Shown here piece after piece: positions 8,956-17,484 of a DNA stretch of 64,000 nucleotides (position 1 is its first letter; each line of letters starts with the position of its first letter). The position numbers and the translations under genes are program-made. The stretch is taken from NCBI GenBank assembly GCA_963677925.2, contig CAXXYH010000004.1, positions 2,496,001-2,560,000 on the forward strand, read 5' to 3'. This DNA is from Spirochaetia bacterium. GTDB lineage: Bacteria > Spirochaetota > Spirochaetia > UBA9216. Below the pieces are notes generated by a model. The model was not told the origin of the DNA, did no database searches, and saw nothing but the letters and a program-made list of their open reading frames with translations.

Positions 8956-11900
8956 GAACAAGTTTATTAAATCTGTAAAAGACCTTGAAAAAATAAAAAA
9001 GGATAATGCTGAAAAAATCAATTTCAGGCTCCTTGAAAAGGCCGATTCAGGAGATCTTCAGCAGCAGATGAAATCAAGGGACGGGCGATACGATATAGCT
9101 CTATGCATGGGCACAAGCTGTCAGTCCTCGGCATCAGCAGAGGTTGCTGAGGCGGTTGATGAAGAAATAAAGAAACTCAAGCTTGAAGATAAGGTCACCC
9201 TGGTCCGTACCGGATGCAACGGTTTTTGCGCTGTCGGTCCGATCATGGTCATATATCCGGGAAGTATTCTCTATCATGGAATGAATGCGAAGGATGTCCC
9301 TGAAATTTTTGAAGAACATATTCTTAATAACAGAACAGTTGAAAGACTGATGTATCATCATCCGGTTTCAGATGCGGTCATTCCCCGCTACATGGATCTT
9401 CCCTTTTTCTCCAGCCAGGAGCTGAGGGTCCTGCGTAATAAGGGCATAATAGAAGCGGACAGTATTGATGAGTATATTGCCAGAGACGGATATTTTGCTG
9501 CCGCAAAGGCTTTAATGAATATGAGCTCCGATGAGATCATTAGTGAAATATCAGAATCAGGACTTCGCGGCAGAGGCGGCGGAGGTTTTCCTACAGGCCT
9601 GAAATGGTCTTTCTGTAAAAAGGCTGAGGGAGACAAGAAATACATCCTCTGCAATGCAGATGAGGGCGATCCAGGCGCATTTATGGACCGCAGTATCATC
9701 GAATCTGATCCGCATACAGTGATTGAAGGTATGATGATCGGAGCGAAGGCTATAGGAGCCGACGAAGGATACGTATACTGCCGTGCCGAATATCCGCTGG
9801 CCTTAAAACGCCTGGAAACCGCGATTGCCAAATGCCGTGAATACGGCCTTCTGGGTGAAAATATTCTCGGGACAGGGTTCAACTTTGAACTGCATATTTC
9901 ACGCGGATCGGGTGCCTTTGTCTGCGGTGAGGAAACCGCACTTATGAATTCGATCGAAGGCAAGCGCGGCGAACCCCGGCCCAGACCTCCCTTTCCTGCG
10001 GTAAAAGGTCTCTGGGGTAAACCTTCTGTATTGAATAATGTTGAAACATACGGAAATATCCCGCAGATAATACTCAAAGGCGCAGGCTGGTACCGGGAAA
10101 CCGGAACTGAAAAATCTCCCGGAACAAAAATATTCGCACTTACAGGTAATGTAAGAAATGTCGGTCTGGTGGAAGTTCCTGTCGGAACAAGCCTCGGCGA
10201 CCTGGTATTCGATATCGGCGGCGGTATGCAGGGTGAGAAAAAATACAAGGCAGCTCAAATTGGCGGTCCTTCCGGCGGATGCATCCCCAGAAGTCATCTG
10301 AGTGTTCCGCTTGATTATGAATCTCTCACCGAACTCGGCGCGATAATGGGATCGGGCGGACTCGTTGTTATGAACGATGAAACCTGCATGGTCGATGTTG
10401 CCAAGTTTTTTCTTGAGTTTGTACTCGAAGAATCCTGCGGAAAGTGTGTTCCCTGCCGTGTAGGAATCAAGAGAATGCATGAAATACTTGCAAGAATATG
10501 CGAAGGTCAGGGCGAGGAAGGCGACATTGAAAGACTGATTGAGCTTGGTCAGACGATCAAGGATACTGCTCTCTGCGGTCTTGGCCAGACAGCTCCGAAC
10601 CCTGTCCTTTCTACAATCCAGCATTTCCGCGATGAGTATGAAGACCACATTATTCACAAACACTGTGAAGCAGGTGTCTGTCCAGGACTCGTCAGGGCTC
10701 CATGTCAGAGTTCCTGTCCGGCAAGTGTTGATATTCCGGGCTTCGTTGCTCTTATTCGGGAAAAACGCTATGAAGAGGCATTAAAACTTCACCGTGAAAA
10801 GAATCCATTTGCGGTTGTATGCGCAAGGGTATGCTTTCATACCTGTGAGGAAAAATGCCGCCGAGCAATGCTTGATGATCCTGTTTCAATACGCGCTCTC
10901 AAGCGCTACCTGGTTGAGCAGGAGATAATAGTGCAGCTCCCTGAGGTTCTGGAGAACAAAGAAAACGAAGCAAAAAAGATAGCTATAGTCGGTGCCGGTC
11001 CGGCGGGCCTGTCATGTGCCTACTTTCTAGCTAGACTGGGATACAAACCTGTGATATTCGAATCAGAAAACCGCCCCGGCGGAATGCTTACTCAGGCTAT
11101 CCCTTCATACAGACTTCCGCGTGAAGAACTAGCCCGTGAGATCCGTATGATTGAGAGGCTCGGTGTTCAGATAAATACGGAAAAGAAACTGGGACGGGAC
11201 TTTACCCTGAACAGTCTGAAAGAAGACGGATATGATGCTGTTTTTGTCGGCATCGGAGCTCCGAAGGGTACTCTTCTTGGCATTAAGGGCGATGATGCTG
11301 AAGATGTTGTTGATGCACTTTCATTTCTGAAAGAGTACAACATCAGAGGTAACGTAAAAGTAAACAACGATATTCTGGTTATAGGCGGCGGGAATGCTGC
11401 CATCGATGCAGCAAGAACTGCGGTTCGTCTGGGTGCAGAAAATGTAACCATCATCTACCGCAGAAAACGCGAACAGATGCCTGCCTACCAGGAAGAAATT
11501 GAAGAAGCAATTGTTGAAGGTGTTAAGCTTATAGATCTGACTCAGCCGGTTGAGGTTGTAAAGACAGCCGACGGTAAGGTTAAAGGCCTGAAATGTCTTC
11601 ATATGGAGCTTGGTGAATTCGACAAGCAGGGCAGAAGACGTGCCGTGAAATCCGATGAAGATTATTTTGAGATTCCCGGTGACCAGATAATTACCGCAAT
11701 CGGACAGAATGTGGATCTATCAGTTTTCAAGGATTCGGAAGGCCTCAAGTTTGATGAAAAGGGCTTTATACGTGCTGACAGCAGTACAGGCAAGACATCA
11801 ATTGACTGGGTTTTTGCCGGAGGCGATTCATCAAGCGGTCCTTCATCAGTAGTAAAGGCAATCAAAGGCGGTGAGGTAGCCGCGGTTGGTATTGATTATT

Positions 11901-12148
11901 TCCTGACGGGTGAAGATCATGCATTCTGGCGCGAGGAGCGAAAGGTTGAGACAGCCTTTGATCCGGATGCAGATCCAGCACCATATCCAAGGGAGAAGGT
12001 TCCACTGGTGGCAGTTGAAAAGCGGCGGTCGAACTTTACGGAAGTGGAAATGGCATGGACTGAGGCTGTTGCCCTGCGTCAGAGCTCAAGATGTCTGCGC
12101 TGTGACTACGGAAAACCTGTTGCACCTAGGGAGGTTTTACATGATTAA
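8945..12148 (+). CDS. hydB: NuoF/HydB-like FMN/NADH subunit fused to a GltD/NfnL-like FAD/NAD(P)H domain
   Basis: N-terminal 2Fe-2S; GLRGRGGGGF, CNADEGDPGAFMDR, CGKCVPCRVG; then APCQSSCP, CARVCFHTCEEKC, GAGPAG, GGGNAAID and YRR; GGAGG SD before ATG 8945. Confidence 0.92.
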   Translation: MKSENKFIKSVKDLEKIKKDNAEKINFRLLEKADSGDLQQQMKSRDGRYDIALCMGTSCQSSASAEVAEAVDEEIKKLKLEDKVTLVRTGCNGFCAVGPIMVIYPGSILYHGMNAKDVPEIFEEHILNNRTVERLMYHHPVSDAVIPRYMDLPFFSSQELRVLRNKGIIEADSIDEYIARDGYFAAAKALMNMSSDEIISEISESGLRGRGGGGFPTGLKWSFCKKAEGDKKYILCNADEGDPGAFMDRSIIESDPHTVIEGMMIGAKAIGADEGYVYCRAEYPLALKRLETAIAKCREYGLLGENILGTGFNFELHISRGSGAFVCGEETALMNSIEGKRGEPRPRPPFPAVKGLWGKPSVLNNVETYGNIPQIILKGAGWYRETGTEKSPGTKIFALTGNVRNVGLVEVPVGTSLGDLVFDIGGGMQGEKKYKAAQIGGPSGGCIPRSHLSVPLDYESLTELGAIMGSGGLVVMNDETCMVDVAKFFLEFVLEESCGKCVPCRVGIKRMHEILARICEGQGEEGDIERLIELGQTIKDTALCGLGQTAPNPVLSTIQHFRDEYEDHIIHKHCEAGVCPGLVRAPCQSSCPASVDIPGFVALIREKRYEEALKLHREKNPFAVVCARVCFHTCEEKCRRAMLDDPVSIRALKRYLVEQEIIVQLPEVLENKENEAKKIAIVGAGPAGLSCAYFLARLGYKPVIFESENRPGGMLTQAIPSYRLPREELAREIRMIERLGVQINTEKKLGRDFTLNSLKEDGYDAVFVGIGAPKGTLLGIKGDDAEDVVDALSFLKEYNIRGNVKVNNDILVIGGGNAAIDAARTAVRLGAENVTIIYRRKREQMPAYQEEIEEAIVEGVKLIDLTQPVEVVKTADGKVKGLKCLHMELGEFDKQGRRRAVKSDEDYFEIPGDQIITAIGQNVDLSVFKDSEGLKFDEKGFIRADSSTGKTSIDWVFAGGDSSSGPSSVVKAIKGGEVAAVGIDYFLTGEDHAFWREERKVETAFDPDADPAPYPREKVPLVAVEKRRSNFTEVEMAWTEAVALRQSSRCLRCDYGKPVAPREVLHD

Positions 12149-13907
12149 TCTGACTGTTAACGGAACAGAATTACTGGTCGAAAGCGGTACAAGTGTTCTC
12201 GACGCCGCAAGACTGACCGGAGTAGATATACCCACGCTCTGCAATTATGAAGGAAAACCGGCTGTCGGCGCATGCAGGGTCTGTGTAGTTGAGGTGGAAG
12301 GTGCAAAAGCTCTGATGCCTGCCTGTGCGACACCTGCATCCAACGGTATGAAGATTTTTACAAACACAAAGCGCGTTCGTGATGCAAGACGGACTGTTGT
12401 CGAACTGCTGCTAAGCGAGCACGAAGGAAACTGCCAGTACTGTGAGAGAAACAGTGACTGCGAGCTGGAAAGGCTTGCCTTAAAGATGGGAATTACAAAA
12501 CCTGTTTATGAAGGAGAAAAACCTGATGCCCGAACAGATAATTCCACCTGGGCTCTGGTTCGTGATACGGGTAAATGTATAAAATGCAGGCGCTGTGTTA
12601 CCGTCTGTAATGAGGTTCAGGCCGTCGGTGCACTCTTTCCTCAGTACAGAGGTTATGAAACGATAATAGGTCCTGCATTTACGATGGATCTTGCAGATGT
12701 AAAATGTGTACAGTGCGGTCAGTGTGCTGCAGTCTGTCCGGTGGGTGCTATTGTTGAAAGATCGGCGATAGAGAGTGTCTGGTCGGCTATTGATGATCCG
12801 AAAAAGCATGTAGTTGTACAGACTGCTCCGGCAATCCGCGCGGCTCTGGGTGAATGCTTTGACTATGAACCCGGCACCCTTGTTACAGGAAAGATGGTAA
12901 CCGCGCTTAAGCAGATGGGATTTGATTCTGTATTCGATACAAACTTCACTGCCGACCTTACAATACTTGAAGAGGGTACGGAACTGCTGACCCGGCTTAA
13001 GAAGAAACTTGTTGAAAACGAAGATATAGCACTTCCGATGTTTACAAGCTGCTCTCCCGGCTGGATTAATTTTGCTGAATATTTTTATCCGGATTTTCTG
13101 CCAAATCTTTCCACATGTAAATCACCCCAGCAGATGTTCGGAGCTGTTACTAAGACATATTACGCAGCGAAGAAAGGTGTCGATCCGGCTGATATTGTCA
13201 TGGTTTCGGTAATGCCCTGTACAGCCAAGAAGTTTGAAGCCTCAAGGGATGAGATGAATGACAGCGGTTTTATGGATGTTGATTATGTTTTAACCACCAG
13301 AGAGCTGGGCAGAATGATTAAATCAGCTGGTATAGATTTCCACAAGCTTGAAGATTCCGAAATGGATTCACCGCTTGGTGAATCAACCGGTGCTGCTGAT
13401 ATCTTTGCCAATTCAGGCGGTGTTATGGAAGCGGCTATCAGAACAGTGTATGAAATAGTAACAGGACGCGAAGTACCCTTTGATAATCTGCATCTGCAGC
13501 CGGTCGCTGGACTTCAGGGGCTGAAGGAAGCAAGTCTGAAACTTGAGGGAACAGTTGCTGACTGGTCTTTCCTTGAAGGCGTTGAAGTCAAGGTTGCTGT
13601 AGCCCATGGACTTGGAAATGCTGTCGAAGTGATGAAAAAGATAGAGGAAAACGGTTCCACATACCACTTTGTCGAAGTGATGGCCTGCCCGGGAGGCTGT
13701 ATAGGCGGCGGAGGACAGCCGAGATTTACTACTGATGAAGTTCGGATGGCCAGAATGAAGGCCATATTTGCTGAAGATGAGGGCAAACCGCTTAGAAAAT
13801 CACATCTCAATCCTTCAGTGGCAAAGATATATGAAGAATTTCTCATCAATCCGCTTGGCGAGAAGTCTCATCATCTGCTTCATACGCATTATGCAAAAAA
13901 AATGTAG
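12141..13907 (+). CDS. hydA: [FeFe]-hydrogenase catalytic subunit (group A, with 2Fe-2S, His-ligated 4Fe-4S and 2x4Fe-4S)
   Basis: H-cluster motifs TSCSPGW, MPCTAKKFE and EVMACPGGCIGGGGQP; GGGAGG SD before ATG 12141. Confidence 0.96.
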   Translation: MINLTVNGTELLVESGTSVLDAARLTGVDIPTLCNYEGKPAVGACRVCVVEVEGAKALMPACATPASNGMKIFTNTKRVRDARRTVVELLLSEHEGNCQYCERNSDCELERLALKMGITKPVYEGEKPDARTDNSTWALVRDTGKCIKCRRCVTVCNEVQAVGALFPQYRGYETIIGPAFTMDLADVKCVQCGQCAAVCPVGAIVERSAIESVWSAIDDPKKHVVVQTAPAIRAALGECFDYEPGTLVTGKMVTALKQMGFDSVFDTNFTADLTILEEGTELLTRLKKKLVENEDIALPMFTSCSPGWINFAEYFYPDFLPNLSTCKSPQQMFGAVTKTYYAAKKGVDPADIVMVSVMPCTAKKFEASRDEMNDSGFMDVDYVLTTRELGRMIKSAGIDFHKLEDSEMDSPLGESTGAADIFANSGGVMEAAIRTVYEIVTGREVPFDNLHLQPVAGLQGLKEASLKLEGTVADWSFLEGVEVKVAVAHGLGNAVEVMKKIEENGSTYHFVEVMACPGGCIGGGGQPRFTTDEVRMARMKAIFAEDEGKPLRKSHLNPSVAKIYEEFLINPLGEKSHHLLHTHYAKKM

Positions 13908-13962
13908 TCTAATATATAGCGGATGTTGTATTATGTTATTATTATATTAATCGGAGGCTAAT

Positions 13963-14397
13963 ATGAATATAGGAGATGTGCTTAAAGTTAAAGGGACCAC
14001 CGTTGAAACCATCGGTGCCGGAGAGAAGCTGGACACAGCATTGGGTAAACTTAATGAAAAGCGTATCGGCGCTCTTATGGTTACTGATGACAGCGGGGCG
14101 ATCGCAGGAATAGTCAGTGAACGTGATTTCCTCAGAGTCTGCAGTAAATGCGCTCCCGACCTGGTTGTGAAAGATCTGATGACTCCTAAAGAGAAAATTT
14201 CTTCACTGACTCCGAAAGATTCACTGCAGACCGCAATGAAGATTTTTACAGAGAAGAGAATACGTCACCTTCCCGTACTGGAGAATGACGACCTTAAGGG
14301 TATGCTGTCAATAGGTGATGCTGTAAAAGCTCTGCTTGATGCAGTTGAGCAGGAGAACAAGTATCTTAAAGAATATATCATGGGACAGGATATCTGA
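13963..14397 (+). CDS. CBS-domain pair protein
   Basis: IGALMV..GIVSERD and RIRHLPV..GMLSIGD motifs. Confidence 0.9.
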   Translation: MNIGDVLKVKGTTVETIGAGEKLDTALGKLNEKRIGALMVTDDSGAIAGIVSERDFLRVCSKCAPDLVVKDLMTPKEKISSLTPKDSLQTAMKIFTEKRIRHLPVLENDDLKGMLSIGDAVKALLDAVEQENKYLKEYIMGQDI

Positions 14398-14419
14398 TAT
14401 CCTGATACTTAAATTTCAG

Positions 14420-14455
14420 GGCTGACCGGGCTTAATACCAGGTCAGCCTTTTTTT
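14420..14455 (+). terminator. intrinsic terminator
   Basis: GGCTGACC...GGTCAGCC stem followed by a T7 run. Confidence 0.8.
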
Positions 14456-14474
14456 ATAGATGAACAGGCTGGGC

Positions 14475-16448
14475 CTAGTCCGTCTGGACAAGAAAGTCAA
14501 ATTCATCGTCTTCAAAGGTTTCTCTGGTATACTTCATAAGTTCATCATCTTCCAGTTCTGAAAAGCTTTCCAGGGTTGTTGTAAGGTCGCTGTTAATATC
14601 TTTTTTGTGGTTCACATAGGTTGTCTGATAAAATCCGAGTTTCTTTTCCTTATGAAGACCCATATCAAGAAGTTTTTTTGATGCCTGACGCATCATTTTT
14701 AACCTTTTGATCAAGCCTTCATCTGAATCGATGCTCCAGACTCCTAAATAGATAGGTTTCAGATCATTGTTAAGGTCACCTGTAAACTCTCCCCGTAATA
14801 GATCATTTTTCTCCTTTCCGAGGTAGGGAACAAAATCAAGATGCTCGGCCAGCTTTCTGTCAGATGCGAAGAATCTGCCGCTCTCAGGATCCATTGTAAA
14901 GATGATGACATTGTCTACTGCCTGCCCGTAGCTCTTAAACAGAGCACCCTTGAAAGAATTAAGATCGTAAACCTTTTGAGAAAGGTGGGCGATACGTTTT
15001 TTTATTTCAATGGAGATATCGAAAAGCCATTCCTTCAGGATTTCATGATCGCTTTTCAGGTTGAATATATATTCATTTAAATTGTCTTCAGTTGTTTTGT
15101 CCATCATGAATGACAGAATGGTACGGTATATAAATCTGATGTTCTGAAAGGTGGAAAACAGCATAATTAGATCAAAAAGAAAGATTTCCATTTTACGCAG
15201 CTGCCAGATGAATGCAATTATTTCATTTCTGGGGGTTGTTTTCTTTATGCTGTAATCCTCCCAGAGGTCCTTAAATTCATTATACCTGCGGCTTAAAACT
15301 GCATGCCTCTCGTCCAGTTCGCTTGATGATTTAGAGAAAAGAATTTTATAGCAGGTTCCTTCAGGACTGCTTTTTACCGTTATATTCTCCGCCCCGAATG
15401 TAGCGAAAATCTGCTGAGTTCCAAGTCCTTCCCCGGAAGAGCTGTTTCCGGCTGATTTTGTAGTTTTCCCAACGAAAATCGGTATACCGTTTTCATCTTT
15501 TTCGAGAAGCTCAGCATCTATTCCGATGCCGTTGTCACGTATCGAAAGGGTGAGATTTTCTTCATCATCTGTCAGCCCGATTTTTATTACACCTTTATCA
15601 GCCTTGGCTTCAATAGCGTCCATGGAATTTGAAACGATATTTATCAGGGCTCTTCCAATTGTCTCATGATAACCAAGTATCACTGAGGATTTCGCATTTA
15701 GTTTCAGATGAAGCGCGCATCTAAGCGGTGAGGCCTGTATATAGGGAACAATCCTTTCGAGGAGGAGATCACGAAGATTTACCTCATGAATGATTTTTCT
15801 CGAATCCCTGAAGATGTTCAGCATATTAATCATTGCAGTCGTTTCCCTGTTAACATCTTCAACAATGCGGTCGCAGTTTTCTGCAGAAAGTGAATCAATC
15901 ATATGCGACAGAAGCCTGACTATCTTTCTGGCATCGTGCCTTGTTTTTCCGATCTCTGCTTCTTCAAGAGCCTTGGCTTTCTGCGCCAGATTCCCTTTTA
16001 GAATCTCTTCCTTATAAGTATAAATATGGTAGTAGACCAGGTTTCGATAGACGATTGTATCTCCCAGGCTGAACCCTCTTGTTCTGAAGAATTCAAGTGT
16101 ATCGGACTGTTTTTCCCAGAGGTACAGGTAAATGCAGGCTTTATCGGGGATATTTTCTGCAAGGTTGTAGATGAAAGCCTGTCCGATTCCTCGGCCGCGT
16201 CCGAAGGGGCTGGCAACAAGTTTATAAATATGAAAGTTCTGCTGTCTGGCGTCAGAATAAACAAGAAGATAACCAAGGATTTCGCGTTCTTCAATCCATA
16301 TATAGCTGTGTTCATAATCTTTCTCAAGAGTTGAATCCTTGATATATGGAGACGGAATTATAAAGGTATCAAGATTGAGAAGCGGATTTTTTTTAATTCT
16401 TGCTTCAATCTTGGGAGTAAGTTTAACAATATGAGATGAAGTTTCCAT
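14475..16448 (-). CDS. GNAT-domain / histidine kinase-like (HATPase) fusion protein
   Basis: N-terminal GNAT motif A (GRGRGIG) and FFRTRGF; RHDARK H-box-like; N-box NIVSNSMDA; DNGIG; GEGLGT. Confidence 0.75.
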   Translation of the reverse strand: METSSHIVKLTPKIEARIKKNPLLNLDTFIIPSPYIKDSTLEKDYEHSYIWIEEREILGYLLVYSDARQQNFHIYKLVASPFGRGRGIGQAFIYNLAENIPDKACIYLYLWEKQSDTLEFFRTRGFSLGDTIVYRNLVYYHIYTYKEEILKGNLAQKAKALEEAEIGKTRHDARKIVRLLSHMIDSLSAENCDRIVEDVNRETTAMINMLNIFRDSRKIIHEVNLRDLLLERIVPYIQASPLRCALHLKLNAKSSVILGYHETIGRALINIVSNSMDAIEAKADKGVIKIGLTDDEENLTLSIRDNGIGIDAELLEKDENGIPIFVGKTTKSAGNSSSGEGLGTQQIFATFGAENITVKSSPEGTCYKILFSKSSSELDERHAVLSRRYNEFKDLWEDYSIKKTTPRNEIIAFIWQLRKMEIFLFDLIMLFSTFQNIRFIYRTILSFMMDKTTEDNLNEYIFNLKSDHEILKEWLFDISIEIKKRIAHLSQKVYDLNSFKGALFKSYGQAVDNVIIFTMDPESGRFFASDRKLAEHLDFVPYLGKEKNDLLRGEFTGDLNNDLKPIYLGVWSIDSDEGLIKRLKMMRQASKKLLDMGLHKEKKLGFYQTTYVNHKKDINSDLTTTLESFSELEDDELMKYTRETFEDDEFDFLVQTD

Positions 16449-16548
16449 TCTTTATATTATATCAATTAGGCAGCAGCAATCAATATTTTACGGTTTTTCT
16501 TGATAGTGGTGCATAGCTTTATTATCTTTGTCTAAGTGAGGTGATAGA

Positions 16549-17043
16549 ATGAAAAAAATATTTATTATTCTTTTAGTTCTTCTTCCTGTTTCAGTATTTG
16601 CGTCGGATTGGAAGTCTGAGAATATAAAAGACTTTAGTTTCAATTGGAGATTTGAAGGTTCAAATCTTGAAGTAAAGCTCAGCTATCCTGGAACCGGATG
16701 GGTGGCAGTTGGTTTTGGTGCTGAGAACAAAATGAAGGGTGCGAATATAATTATCGGTGCTGTTGATAAGGGTGAGCTGACTATTGAAGATCATTATGGA
16801 AACAGCCCTGTAAGCCATAAGGAGGATATCCGGCTTGACGGTACTGATGATATAATCAGTGCAAGCGGTACGGAGTCCGGCGGCGTTACTACTATCCAAT
16901 TTACTATTCCCTTATCTTCAGGTGACCAAAATGATAAAGACCTTGTTGAAGGAAGGGTCTACCGTGTTATTTTTGCAGCATCAAACAGCGACAACCTGGG
17001 GAGGATTCACAAAATCGCTACAGGAAAGGATATTAAACTGTAG
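16549..17043 (+). CDS. secreted DOMON-domain protein
   Basis: Signal peptide; GWVAVGFG..MKGANIIIG; C-terminal His. Confidence 0.85.
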   Translation: MKKIFIILLVLLPVSVFASDWKSENIKDFSFNWRFEGSNLEVKLSYPGTGWVAVGFGAENKMKGANIIIGAVDKGELTIEDHYGNSPVSHKEDIRLDGTDDIISASGTESGGVTTIQFTIPLSSGDQNDKDLVEGRVYRVIFAASNSDNLGRIHKIATGKDIKL

Positions 17044-17045
17044 AA

Positions 17046-17354
17046 TTACCAGCCCTTAATGCTGTCAGGCAGGAGCGGTTTGAACATCCTGCCTGATCTG
17101 GGCTTTTCCATCCATGGTTCGACAGTTTCCCTCCATTTTTTATAGTGTTCAGTTGTTTTATGATAGGCAACTGCTTCTTCATCTTCATAAACTTCATATA
17201 GAAAGAACAGCCCGGGATCTTTCGGATCCTGTGAAAGATCAAAGCGTACATTACCTTCCTCCTTCCTTGCGGCCAGGTGGTTAAGTCTTGTCGCTTCAAT
17301 GAATTCTTTTTCATTTCCCTTCTTAACAAAAACATCAACACAATAAACAACCAT
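17046..17354 (-). CDS. antibiotic biosynthesis monooxygenase (LsrG-like) protein
   Basis: EEGNVRFD, LYEVY..EAVAYHKTTEHYKKWRETVEPWM. Confidence 0.88.
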   Translation of the reverse strand: MVVYCVDVFVKKGNEKEFIEATRLNHLAARKEEGNVRFDLSQDPKDPGLFFLYEVYEDEEAVAYHKTTEHYKKWRETVEPWMEKPRSGRMFKPLLPDSIKGW

Positions 17355-17484
17355 AGGATCCTCCTGTAATTATTATACTCAGACAGAGAAAAAAATGCAT
17401 CTGTTTATTTGAATTACGTTAGTAGATTGCTTAGGATTTATGTTAGCTCATAAAAGCTTATTTAACATAGAGAAGAGGTTAATA

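Noticed and set aside
9388-10663. Long antisense ORFs (286 and 254 aa) within hydB
   Set aside because: Shadow frames of a strongly conserved gene; no recognisable motifs or SD.
11910-12140. 77-codon N-terminal extension of hydA in the ORF track
   Set aside because: Overlaps hydB; the SD-supported start is ATG 12141.
17033-17350. Alternative-frame 105-aa ORF over the ABM gene
   Set aside because: The 17046-17354 frame has the family motifs and the SD.
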